A stretch of 64,000 nt of DNA from Eledone cirrhosa (taxonomy: Eukaryota). Below the pieces are notes generated by a model. That model was not told the DNA's origin, did not search any database, and worked only from the letters and a program-made list of their open reading frames with translations. Location: assembly GCA_964016885.1 (NCBI GenBank), contig OZ024743.1, forward strand, positions 367,474,001 to 367,538,000, written 5' to 3'. Shown one piece after another: positions 43,400 through 56,012 of the stretch. Position 1 is the stretch's first letter, and each line of letters opens with the position of its first letter. The position numbers were made by a program, and so were the translations under genes.

Positions 43400-44570
43400 T
43401 TGTACATAGGCAATGCAGGTCTTCTGTATTACTGCGTGGCACCAAAGATTGCGGTCCAGTGACATTGTCTTAGAGAGGTGCAAGTGTGTAAGGTTGGAAT
43501 TTATCAAATCGGTCCAGGTTTTTCTGGGCCTACCTACTCCATAACTTCCATCAATTTTGATTGCCCTGCACTTTTTTTATACAGCTGTCGTCTTTCATGC
43601 GCATCACATGACCATACCACTGCTGATTTTGTCACCCAGGTAATGGAAAGTGTCCACTATTTCTATAGAACTATCTGGGCAATAGAAGGAGCTAGTATCT
43701 TGTGGGCACTTGCTACTTATTGCACCTGAGCATCGGCCACATATAAAATCTACATTCTTAGATAGCTTATCTGTAATCCCACTACATCTTTTATGTACCC
43801 ATACTTTGCATTTGGGACATAAAATAGAATTTCTACCTACTTCTTTCCAACACAGTGAGCATGGCCATTTCCCAGAGGGCACCTGTGCCCTATTTTCCTT
43901 TCTACATACTAGAACTTTAGTCTTAGACAAGTTAACTTTAAGGCCTTTTGATTCTAGGCCATGCTTCCATGTTTGGAATTTCTTCTCTAGTTCAGCCATA
44001 GATTCAGCTATGAGAGTTAGATCATCTGCATATAGAAGTTCCCATGGGCAGCCAGTCTTAAACTCCTCTGTTATAGCCTGAAGGGCAATAATAAATAGGA
44101 GGGGGCTAAGGACAGAGCCTTGATGAACACCAACTTTTACGCTAAATTCTTCACTATATTCATTGTTAATTCTAACATGGCTTGTATAGCTCTCACAAGC
44201 CATTCATCTACACCTAGTTTTCTAAGAGCCCACCAGATAATGGAATAAGGGACTCTGTCAAAGGCTTTCTCCAGTCAACAAAAGCTAAGTAGAGGGGTTT
44301 ACTTTTAGCTAGGTACTTCTGTAGTTGTACAAGGAAAAGAGCGACTGAGGTACTTTTACCTGACACAAACCCAAACAGCATTTCATCTAGATCAATTCGC
44401 TCTCTGATTAGTTGCGCTATAACTCTTTCTGTGATCTTCATGACCAGGTCAACTAACTTAATGCCTCTATAGTTTCCCCTATCTAGAGCATCTCCTTTAC
44501 CCTTGTAGCAGTTAATGATGATGCTGCTACGCTAGTCATTTGGTATGACCCCATTCTGTATTACTTGGTT
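43400..44570 (-). mobile_element. RTE-clade LINE RT fragment
   Basis: GVHQGSVLSPLLF, WELLYADD, followed by a Cys-rich segment; same family as 19200-22610. Confidence 0.88.
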
Positions 44571-44999
44571 AAATGTTGGTGTAAATTTCAAAAATAAGTT
44601 AGTGGAGAATGTACATACACACAGGCACACACACTTACATACATATATCATCCTATCACCAACCACGTTACAGTGTGTACGGTGCATTTTCCTGGCACCA
44701 TCATTAGAGAGGTTGTTGGTTATAGACCAAACTGTAGAGCCCTCTCACTCTGGGGAGAGGGGCAATATGGGTGGGAGATAAGGTTAGGGTTATAAGTGTA
44801 TGTGGGGAATGAGTAAAGGGTAGAGAGTGTAGCTACTAGGGTGTAATGGTGAGGATATATAAGGTCTTTAGATGGGGGGGGGGGGCTTGTTAAAGAGTGG
44901 TTCTAGAAGGAGCATGTGTTGTGGGTGCAGTAAAGGTAAGGATAGATGGTGATAAGTTGTAGTGGGAGGGAACATGGATGGATCAGGTAATATTGCATG

Positions 45000-47900
45000 C
45001 TTCTGGTTAGGTCTTCATCATCACAGCATAGTGCCAGCCCTCTCAATCCTTTGTCATCTCAGTTGTGAAGTTTAGTTTCTTAAGATCGCTCTTTACTACA
45101 TCATCTCTTCCTGCATCTGCTTTTTCCTCAGATCCATCCACTGGGATTGCTCTGTATTTCTTTATGCAGCTGTTATCCTCCATATGCATCATATGTCCAT
45201 ACCAGCACAGTCTTCTCTCTTGCACATTACATCTAATTCCTCTTATGCCAAGTTTTTCTCTCAGTTCACTTATGCTACGTAGTTCATGCACACTATTATT
45301 ACACATCCATCAGAACATACTCACTTCATTTCTTTCCAGTCTTTGCAGGTCTTCTGCAATTACGGCCTATGTTTCACTGCCATGTACCATTGCAGTCATA
45401 TGCATGCATCATACAATCTACCCTTCACTCTGAGCAAGAAGCCATTTGATGTCAGCTGAGGTATCGGCTCTCTAAAGTTCTTCCAGCCTGTTCTGATCCT
45501 GGTTATCATCACATTTTCAGTACATCCTCCCCCACTACTGATTTGATTGCCAAAGCAGTATAAGCTATTGACAACTTCTAAGGAGCATCCCTGGCAGATG
45601 AAGGAATCTATTTCATGTTAGTTCTTAGTGCTTACTTCTCCTGTGTATCTGCCACATACAAAGCCTATCTTTTCTGTTAATCTGCCTGCAATCCCCTACA
45701 TCTCTTGTGCATCCATAGATTGCACTGTGTGCACCTTATAAAATTTCTGCCCACCCTTTTCTGACATAGGCCATTTCTCTGATAGTATAACCCTCCAGTC
45801 CTCTTTCCTACTTATTGGCACTTTTGTCTTAGGCCTTTAACTCTACATTCTTCCCTGTTTAAAATGTTGTCTCTAACTCTCCTATGTATTCAGCTGTAAG
45901 GACTAGGTCATCAGCAGTATAAGAGCTCCCATGGAGTGTCAGTTTTAAACTCCTCAGTGATGGCCTGAAGGACAATGATAAACAGGAGTGGATTGAGGAC
46001 TTTATCCTGGTGGATCCCCACCTGCACTTCGAATTCATCACTGTACTCACTTCTAATCCTCATCCTGCTGGCTGCTCCTTTATACACAACCTCCACGACC
46101 CTGAGAAGCATGCACTATATTACAAAGCCTGGGACCCTGTCAAAGGCCTTCTCCATATCTAAAAAAAGCCAGCCACTGTGGCTTACTCTGAGCTAAGTAT
46201 ATCTCCTGCAGTTATTTCACTATAAAGAGGGCATCAGTATTACCCCTACCTGGCATAAATCCAAACTGCATTTCATCTAATTTGGTTCTGTCTCTAATTA
46301 GTTGTGCTATAACCCTTTCAGCAACTTTCATGACCAGGTTCATCAATTTGATATCTCTGTAGTTACTTCTCTCTAATGCACCTCCTTTGCCCTTATAGCT
46401 ATTTACAATGATAAGCTGTGCTAGTCATTAGGTATGACCACTTCCTGTACTAACTATGCATCTGGCTAGTGCATACCCTACCATGCCAGATGCTTTTAGC
46501 ATCTCAGCAACTATACCAGATGGTCCAGCTGCCATCCCTACTTTCATGTCCTTAATTGCTTTATCTATCCCACTGCTGTCAACTTTTATAGCTGGTCCCT
46601 CAGTTGGGTCTACATGAGGTAGGCTCTTGCTATCCCATTTATTCTCTTCGTACAGCAATCTCTCATAGTAAGTCTTCCATGCGTCCTTCTTTTCAACATC
46701 AGACAGAGCAAGTGCTCCGCTATCATTTCAAATGCACTTTTTCACAATCACACCACGATAATCTCTAGCTCACTGTCTTGCAATCCGAAACACTTCACAC
46801 CTTTGAAGTGATATGATATAGAACATGAGCAAGTTTCTTTTTTTCTGTCTCTGCTCTTGCTAAGTATACCTAGCACCTGACCTCTCTTCTAGCTGTTTGA
46901 TATTTCTCCCTGTCTCCCTCTTTCCTCCAGTCTCTCCAGGTTTGTTTCTTTTTGTTTTTATGGTTCTATCTATCTTATCATTCCACCATCACATTACCCT
47001 CAATCTTGCGGGGACCTTGCTCCAGCTGCAGGCCAAGTTTGTGGTTTCCAGTAGGTTGTACCATAGGAAACTCCAGTTTTCCTCTATGTTTTATGTCTCC
47101 ATTTCCTCTTCCTTACTGTCAAAGGTGTCAAGCAGGATTTCTCTGTATTTGTTGCCTGCTGCAGTTTCTCTTAGCTTCCAGATCTTCCTTCTCCAGACAT
47201 GCTTTTGTTTCTTAGTCTGTTTAGCACTTATTCTAAGGTTACTGACAACTAGTCTATGTTGAGAGGTATGTTGGCATTTACAACCATTTGCCTGTCCTGT
47301 TATATGTATACATATATCTATTTTATAATTATAATTTGTAATTGTAATTATAATTATAATTGTTAAAGTGTCAATAATGTCTCTGTATTTGTATGTCTAT
47401 ATATTTTCTTTGATATTGCTCTATTTTTATATATTCCCCAATGTATTTCTTTTCAAATATCTCTATGTATGTATATATACTGTGTATAAAAATGGTTGCA
47501 CTATTTGTATGAAGGCTGGGGGTGGACAGATTCTTCTGGAATGAATCTCAATTTATAATAAAATGAAGTCAATAGAGCTTATTGATCAAGCGGCTAGTCA
47601 GCTTTCTAAAGTTTTGTTACAGAAAGTTAGGTCATTTGGCCTACATCTTCCTTCTTGAAGTTGTATCCACACCCACAGAATACTTCAATGTAGCTATCGT
47701 ATGACTGCTCAAAATGTCCATTAAAGTTGCCAGCAATGATAATGATACCATTGCTAAGGTGGTCTACAACAAGTCCTCATAGAAACATTCCTTTTGTGTA
47801 TTAGTCAATCCCATTCTGCTGCATACCAAAACTAGATCAATTACTATATCCACTTCTCAGCTATGTTCACTCCTCCTATCCCAGCATCATCTCCCAACCA

Positions 47901-48000
47901 GAAAAGCCTATACCTGTGGTATTTGTTTGGCTGTGAGAAGTCTGTTTGAGGTACACACAGCACACATCAATTTGCCTCTGCTTCAAAATTTCACAAGACC
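45000..48000 (-). mobile_element. Decayed RTE-clade LINE
   Basis: LREKLGIRGI..ERRLCWYGH, AAGPSGIVAEMLKASG, WELLY; APE-like remnants at ~47600-48000. Confidence 0.8.
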
Positions 48001-48654
48001 ATTTTTCAATAAACAAACATCAATGTTAGCAGCCAGGAAATTTTTTTATGTGAAAAGATGTGAGTATTTGGTGATGTTTGGATTGTCTTTTGATCTCTGT
48101 TCTCTGGGTCTGAAAGTAAGTATGTGATCACTTGATGACAGCTGAAGGGTTTTACACACAACTAGATCCCACTACTGTGCACAACACTATCATGGTTTGT
48201 ATTAGTCCTGTAGGTTTTGTGATATATCTTTTACTAGCTGGGTGCCCCTGCCTATCACTAACCCCCCTACAGTATGAATTAGGTGGATTTGTCTCACTAT
48301 CACTAGGGAAGTTGTCTGTCAGAATTAAAATGTCCTCTCTACACATTGTCAGTTTTTATTTAGATCTGCTCTCTTAGACGAGTTGCCTTTGCTATGACTT
48401 ATAGAATTCACATTTCCTGCATACAAATATTTACTCAGAGTTATTGCTATCCTAGATAGGTAGCCTGCATTGTGGCTTTGTACAATTATTCCAAGTAGAC
48501 ATTCAGTCTTAGTCTATAGTATTAAAGTTACATCTATATATTCCTGTGTAGTAAAGAACACACACACACACACGTCTTTATAAAATTATTTGACAGTTGC
48601 TTAGAGATAAAAGATCAAATATTTAATTCTCAAAATCAAATTTACAGAACTTAC

Positions 48655-48745
48655 CTTTGCGGCAATCCAGTCTCTTCCATATAAGTAAGCATTTGCTACC
48701 ATACTATCCATGGCTTTCTGCATAGCATTGCCATTGGGAAGCCAT
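48655..48745 (-). CDS. TMEM245: TMEM245-like internal exon C (91 bp)
   Basis: ctcactgtag|A TGG...AAG|gtaagt. Translates WLPNGNAMQKAMDSMVANAYLYGRDWIAAK, similar to TMEM245 WLP...YQYGREWI..K. Confidence 0.9.
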
Positions 48746-50650
48746 CTACAGTGAGAAAAATTGATTTGTTTTAAAGAAATGAGGTTAACAGCAAAAGGTT
48801 CTAGATAGATGTTGAAATAAATCATTGAAAAGTAGAGTTCTATTCTTCGACTAAATGAAATAAGATGAGTTGGGGGAATGATTAATTGCATATTAGAAAG
48901 AGCAGTTCAATGATGAAGAACTTTTATAAATTGGCAGTCTTAAGAAAAATTTTAATCAGCAGAAACAAAATTGATGGAAAGTATTTTAGTTAAGCATAGC
49001 ATTGTTTTATAATTCTAATTTTCTTTCTTTTCCTCAGGTCAAAACTTCATAATAATTAGCTCAGCTGGAGATTATAATATATTTGAAAGAAAATAAAAAA
49101 GAGGATTACAGTAAAATTTATTACAGAGCCTTTATATGAGTTTTCAGAAAAGAATAGTTTGCGATGGCAGAAAGAGTGGTGGATTGGCACGATCTGTAGA
49201 GTGGTGAGCAAAATTCTTTGTAATATTTAACTAGGTCGGTTAGCATATAATCGATTTTTCCATTCCTCAAAATTGTTGACCTTGTGCCTAAATCAGAAAC
49301 CAATAATTAACTAGGATCCTTTAGGTTTTGGGTTCTAATCCTACCAAGGTCTATTTTCCTTTTCATACAGCTTTTTATACAGAAGACCCACCATCCCATG
49401 CATATAAACTTAAACCTACAGTCAGTAGGTACCTCTTAACCTAATATACACTTCCATCCCACCCCCTACTCCATCTTCCCATTTCCGTCCACTGTAAAGT
49501 GGTCATGTAGGTGACATGACAAAAAGCACCCAGTCCACACTGTAAAGTGGTCATGTAGGAGATACAGTAAAAAGGCTCCCAGTCTACACTGTAAATGTGG
49601 TTGGTGTTAGGAAGGGCATCCAGCCATAGAAAACCTGCCAGAAACAGTTCTGTATGAGCAAGACATGGTCACCTGACCAATCTTGCCTCAAGTGGGACAA
49701 AATCGTACAACCCATGCTAGCGTGGAAGATGGACATTAAACGATGATGATGATTATCATCATGATGACTTCTGGTATCAATAAAATAAATATCAATCAAC
49801 TACTGTGAATTAATTTAATTGACAAAACCCAACAAAATCCGTGGTCTTGTGCCTTTGCTAGAAATTATTTTTATTACTAAGGCAGTAGATTGACAGAATA
49901 GATAGAGCAGGTGACAAAATTCCTTGTAGCATTTACTTAGGTTTATTTACACTCTGAGTTCAAATCTTGTTGAGGCTGGTTTAGTTTTTCATCCTTTTGG
50001 GAGTGAATGTAAATATCAGTCAAGAACTTGGATCAATATTATTGACTATATATATCTCCCCACACATTTTTTCCTTGTGCCTCTGTTATAAATCAGTATT
50101 TTTCAATAATGGAATAGAAACCAAATTTTAATTCTTTAAAACCAAATAACAACCTAACAATTCTGTAAGTAAGGTTGTATTACAGTCCTTTATTGGAAAT
50201 GATATATTCTCTGTAGCAAAACATAGTGATGTGAATCTATTGATATTTCAACCTATTTGACTAGACTAGACATTTATTTATTATTATTTATTCGATATCT
50301 CACAATGCTTCATATAAACTAATACCATTTACTTTTTATTAATTAAGGAGAAGACATTTTATCTATAGTCTCATTTGTGGGTAACAGGATAACAGAGTCT
50401 ATCTGACATTTTGAACATTTAAACCTACTATGATGCTGAAAAGGTAAGACATAATCATTTGCATATTATTAATCTCATCTTAGGAGTGTATATCATAATC
50501 ATACAATTTGAGTCAATTTGATTTCCATTTGTTGACAGGTGTCTTATTCTTCAATATGTATATTTGCCAATTAAGTCACTGGTGCATGTGTATACACTTT
50601 ACATTTATCTGTACAGTGTATAAGGATTATAGTACAATTCTCTTCTGAAT

Positions 50651-50832
50651 AATTGTTTCTACTTTTGGCATAAGGCCAGCAATTATCCAGTGCATTACTG
50701 GTACTTTATTTTATCGACCCAGTAAGGATGAAAGGCAAAGTTAACCTCGGCAGGATTTGAACTCAGACTGTAAAGGGATGTAACTATACTGGAAAGCATG
50801 GCGTCCGACCCTCTATTGATACTGCCAATCCA
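50651..50832 (-). mobile_element. SINE, same family
   Basis: Sequence match to 1316-1500. Confidence 0.85.
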
Positions 50833-51066
50833 CATATGGTTCCCAGTTTGAATCCAATCAGAGATAAAGATACATATTTAGGAATAACACACATGACATT
50901 TAATAAGGACTGAACATTAAACTAATTGAAACATAGTGTGTATATATACATGGTAAAATATGTGTTAGTTAAACAACCAACACTATTGGATACAGAATAG
51001 AGTAATCAACGAAGTATGCAAGAAGGTCTGTGTACTATGGAGTATAATTATAATTAAAATAATAAT

Positions 51067-51252
51067 AATTGTTCCTACTTTAGGCACACGGCCAGCAATT
51101 ACCCAGTTCCTTAATGGTACTTTATTTTATCAACCCCCGTAAGGATGAAAGGCAAAGTCAACCTCGGCGGGATTTGAACTCAGATCGTAAAGGGACGTAA
51201 CTATGCTGGAAAGCATGGCATCCGACCCTCTACCGATACTGCCAATCCACCA
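51067..51252 (-). mobile_element. SINE, same family
   Basis: Sequence match to 1316-1500. Confidence 0.85.
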
Positions 51253-51257
51253 TAATA

Positions 51258-51465
51258 ATAATGATGAAATTATTGTGTTCAGTGCTCAGGTGCACTACAA
51301 CTCATCAATAACATAGAATAATGGACATAGAATAAAGTACAAAAGTCAGGAAAGTGAACAGTGTATGAGTCATGATATACACACAGATACATGCATGCAT
51401 GTGTATGGAGGGGGAATGTCAAGTGTAGTGTTGCCGAATTTCAGGAAGCATGGAGGGTTTAAATA
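51258..51465 (-). mobile_element. 3' end fragment of the same CR1-like family
   Basis: Reverse complement resembles 5760-5938 (cctccatgcttcctga..ttcg.caacactacac; catgactc.tacactgttca; tgagcactg.acacaataat). Confidence 0.7.
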
Positions 51466-51518
51466 ATGAAGTACTAATCAACAGGTTAGATTTTACTTCA
51501 TTTATTCATTATACAATC

Positions 51519-51577
51519 GCTGTTATATATATTTCAATGATAACTGTTGTGCAACAGTTATGACCTCATCAGACAGC
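51519..51577 (-). ncRNA. Solo minimal type I hammerhead ribozyme
   Basis: Minus strand GCTGT-CTGATGA-GGTC-ATAACTGTTG-CA-CAACAGTTAT-CATT-GAAA-TATAT-ATA|ACAGC. Perfect 5-bp stem I, canonical core, long stem II, palindromic stem/loop III, AATAAA about 12 nt downstream. Confidence 0.8.
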
Positions 51578-51959
51578 TATTAGTTGAACAGAAAAAGCAT
51601 AAAGAAGAAATAAAATTTACTCCTGCTGTTTCATCGATATGTCCTGGGCTGATCATTAGTGTTGCTTTCTCAAAACACAGGTGACATATGACTTAGAATA
51701 AAGAGCCACACATCATCAACACAAAGGGTATACAAGGCCCCTAACTATTGGTCAGAGATTGTTCCACCACCATATCATCCAGCCATTGTAAAGTCACCAG
51801 TGGTGTTGTGGTCTGAGATTGGCCATCGACTTGTACAGGAACCAGACCATTTACAAATAGATACTTTAGCCATAGGGACTAACCTTAGAAATCAGTTGCT
51901 GTGGCAGATGGATTTGTCTACAGCAACAACAGTAACAGTTGAGGTTGCATCAACGATAC

Positions 51960-52620
51960 TTCAGTTAAATAGAAGGTCTTCTGTATTATTGCATAATGCC
52001 AGAGATCTTGATCCTGTGTCATCACCTTTGAGAGGTGAAATTGTGTATGGTCAGCTTTTATCACCTCATCTCAAGTCTTCCTAGGTCTTCCTACACCACA
52101 GCGTCCATTAACTTTGAACACTCTGCACCTTTTTATACAGCTGTCATCCTTCATAAGCATCACCTGTCCATACCAACATATTCTCCTCTCTTGCACACTG
52201 AATCTGATCCCTCTTATGCCCAGTTTCCCTCTCAATTCATTTATGCTTTGCCATTCATGAATATTACTATTACGCATCCATTGAAGTATGGAAGCTTCAT
52301 CTCTTTTCAATCTTTGTAGGTCATCTGCACAGTTCCCTGGTCTCACTGCTATGCAACATTGCTGTTTATATACACACATCATAGAATCTGCTTTTCATTT
52401 TGAGGGAAAAACCTTTTTGGTAGTAGCTTCCTGAACTTTCTCCATCCCATTCTCACTCTAACTACAGTACTTTTGGATCATCCACCTCCACTGCTAATTT
52501 GGTTGCCCAGGTAATGGAAACTATAAACTACTTCTACTGAGCCCTCTGGACATTTAAAGGAGTTAGTATCCTGTGGGCTATTGCAACTTACTGCTGCACC
52601 TGTGCAACAGCCACTTTCTT
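51960..52620 (-). mobile_element. RTE-clade LINE 3' fragment
   Basis: DDLQRLKRDEASILQWM...ELRGKLGIRGI...GRPRKT. Confidence 0.8.
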
Positions 52621-52992
52621 AGTAGTCCACGAAAGAAGCAGAACTCAATACTTATAACAAAGAAAATATATAAATTGATTTATTCATTCCTTCAGAGAAG
52701 TATGATGAGGCTTAGCAAACTCTTGCTTTGCTGAAACATTGCAGCTATATTATATGGAAATAAATATATCCTTTTATAGACTAGAAATTATCATCTGAAT
52801 AATTGCAATTCATTTCAGAACATTATGTATTTTAGGAAATACCTAACATTGTTGAATATTCGTAGAATAAAATTTTCATTGTCACTTTTACAGACAAGTG
52901 GTATGAAATCAGTTTTTTCCTGTTGCAATTTATGATAAAATTGAAAAGGTTACCAAAAAAAAATAGAAAAGAAAAGAATGATGATAACTTAC

Positions 52993-53069
52993 TGGCTAAT
53001 CTCAGGGTTGACAGATTTATTCAAAACATTGCTTGTAACTTGTACAAGGTGCATACTTTCTTGATGTAC
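52993..53069 (-). CDS. TMEM245: TMEM245-like internal exon B (77 bp)
   Basis: cattgtag|GTA...GCCA|gtaagt. Translates VHQESMHLVQVTSNVLNKSVNPEIS + CA, similar to the TMEM245 ESVHMIEVTSNLIN segment. Ends in phase 2 and joins the next exon (CA+A = Gln). Confidence 0.9.
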
Positions 53070-53945
53070 CTACAATGTACAATGTCAGAATATTGGAGAT
53101 ATGGAAAAATAATTATTTTATCAACAAGAAAATCAGCAACAAGAAAAAAGAATAATAATTTATTGCATTTTTTTGTGGGATTGGTATTCGAGATGTTGCT
53201 TTATACATATATATATTGTAAAACGAAATCTTCAAAGCAACCATAAAATGTTCATGTAGTGATAATACAGAATGCATGTGAGTAATCCTGTATTCTAGTG
53301 TTTGATCAGTTTCTCTATTCTTTCAGATATTTCCTATCGGAAAATCAATCTATGATGCTTTTAGATCTGGAATATTTCTTGCCTTTAAAATGTCTCCTGG
53401 GGGAAATATTGCATGTCAAATCAAGACTTAGGGGTTTGAATGTCATACGAAATCTACATATATTTCCTTACACCTTAAATGTTTCATTGACATGTTATCA
53501 AATACAAAGAACATAGAGGAAACTTTCAAAGAGACACTGTGGTTAATCTAATAGCAATAATATATTCTCAGATTGGAATCAAGTCAATATCTATGCATGA
53601 AATGTTTTAATATAAAAATACTGGAGCATACAAAATTAACAGTCTTTTTTAAAGTACTATTAGCTGCTTGGTTCAATAATAGCTTACACATTAGCTATAG
53701 CTTTAAAATTCATATTCTGAAGAGAAAAAAAAAGAGATTTGCTGTAGAGAGCAGAGAGCACAAGCTTAGTATTCTCATGTAACAAATATTATACCCTCTA
53801 ACACTGCATGAATTATTTTCTTAAAATATTAATACAGAGAGCAAAAAATAAGTGAATTATAGAATTAATTGATAGTGAAAAATTTGAATAAAAGCTCTGG
53901 TATGTTTTTAATTTTTAATAGAAGAAAAATGTAATTAAAACTTAC

Positions 53946-54050
53946 TTGAAATACAAAAAACACTGTAAACAAGGCTGTTCCAAATAGCAAGATAAAAATA
54001 AACAAAACACTCGTGGCACTATCCAAGGATTGTTCAAGAATTGAGATCAG
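53946..54050 (-). CDS. TMEM245: TMEM245-like membrane protein, internal exon A (105 bp)
   Basis: Minus strand ttttctag|CTG...CAA|gtaag. Translates LISILEQSLDSATSVLFIFILLFGTALFTVFFVFQ, a hydrophobic segment matching the TMEM245 region just before the ESxH motif as I recall it. Phase 0/0. Confidence 0.85.
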
Positions 54051-55777
54051 CTAGAAAAACAAAATAAAATAAAATAAGAGTGATAATTTAAATATATGAA
54101 ATCAATACACTGATTGTATTTAAAGAAACAACATGAAATTTCAAGAAAATTACTAATAAATACTGTAGTTTGCTGCCTGAAGCATACTGAAGCAGAAATA
54201 TTTATATAGAGTATAAAGGAGGCAGTTTTAAAAATGTTGGCATGAAGGATAGCAAAATGTTTATGGGTGATATTCAATTCTACTAATTTATCAATCTGCC
54301 ATTGTATTTTAGTTCAGGTCAGACCTGATCAAAAGCATTTCAGCTATGACTTATTCAACACATCTTTCTATTTTTAAGACAGTGGGCTAAAATTGGAGAG
54401 ATTTGGTTGTTATTTCTCATGTGTTGAGGAAGATATAAAATCTTTCTTGTTGGTTCTGTAAATCTACTGTTTGTTTGTAATGTGTAACTCATAATCATAA
54501 ACTGCCCATTGATAGTCAGTGGTGACTATTCATATGTAAGGTGGCAAGGCGTAATATGAAAAATGGATTGCTCTTTTTAATGGTTTCTTTACAATAGTTC
54601 AGCTAGGAATATCAATGTTTAATCGACCCATGTTGTGTTTAATCATATCTTTGTATCTTAATCAGGTCTACCCTGGTTTCTCATACCACTGGCCAGCTGT
54701 GAGTAGCATGTATGTCTTAGTAATTGAGTTTTCTCCATCTCTGGATGTGCTCAAACCAACTGAAGTTTCACCACACCAATATCTCTGCTATGCTGAGCTT
54801 GGCTTTCTTTAGGATGGTGGTATTTCTGAACTTGTTTTACTAAGTGTAACTGTTGTAGAAATACCTAAATGCTTTTCAAAATTCAAACCTTGGGCTTCTT
54901 GTCTGATACCAGTATATTTCATGACTGTTATCTAAAATGATTTGATCTCTAAGGGATAAAATTCATTTAGAAAAAGTCTTCAAGCCAAGTGCTATTACAT
55001 TTTTAATCAGTTGACACACTAAGTTCTAATATTCAATTTGAAGCCATCCTTAATGAACTAATGGCATTATAGTAGACTTACAATATCAGACATGTATTCT
55101 TCTAAAATGTAAATATAACTTTAGAACACAAATGTAATTATTTAGATAATTTCACAACTTCCAGATACCTTTCATAACCTTAAGATCTCAAAGGAAATAC
55201 ATATAAATATATAATTGAAATAATGAACTGACAGCTATAATAGATGAAGAAATAGAAATTGATCAGAGGAAGAAATTTCACCCTTCTCACTTGAAACATC
55301 TCCAATATCATTTACGCCATTTTGGTTTAAAGCTTAAGTTAGATTTTCTTTCCACATCACTAGGTGCTATATTAGAAATAAACAACAACAAAACAGCTGT
55401 TCAGTTGAAGATAGTGTATAAAAACATTTTCTTTGAAAATATTTAATAGTTCCCTCTTTAATCAATAAGTGAGCCCTTGACACCTCAGTGAGATTAATAA
55501 GATACGCTATTAGAAGTCAAAGTTGTAACATTTATTCTACTTTATAACTGTCTGTGATTAATTCCAGAAAGTAAGAATCAATAATGAATTCTCAAAATAA
55601 TATTGGTTTCATTTTCTACTTTTTCAGTCTAGTTATTTGTTAAAATCTTTTTCAATATTTTCCCAGCACTTAGTGTAGTCATAAATGTCTCATTATATTT
55701 TTTTTAGCTAACCCATAATATTACTGTTATCAACTAATGTACCCTCAAACTTTTATTTTTCTCACCATTAATCTTCT

Positions 55778-56012
55778 TTAACCTTTTTATTGTCATATTT
55801 CTAATGAAATACTTTGTATTTTAATTAATTGATGAAACATTTTTGAAGGATTTACTAAAATTATAATTTCATTAAGATGGTATTTGTAACAACAAAATGT
55901 TCTTATATAAATTATGTTGGAAGGTTTCAATTTGAGCAGGAACCCTTTAAAATGGGTTTTTTGTTTCATAGAAACAGAGATGGTTTTAGGTGGGTTGGCT
56001 CAAAAGGGTTAA
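55778..56012. mobile_element. Possible decayed piggyBac-type MITE
   Basis: TTAA|CCTTTTT ... AAAAGGG|TTAA ends; TIR match is short and imperfect. Confidence 0.35.
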
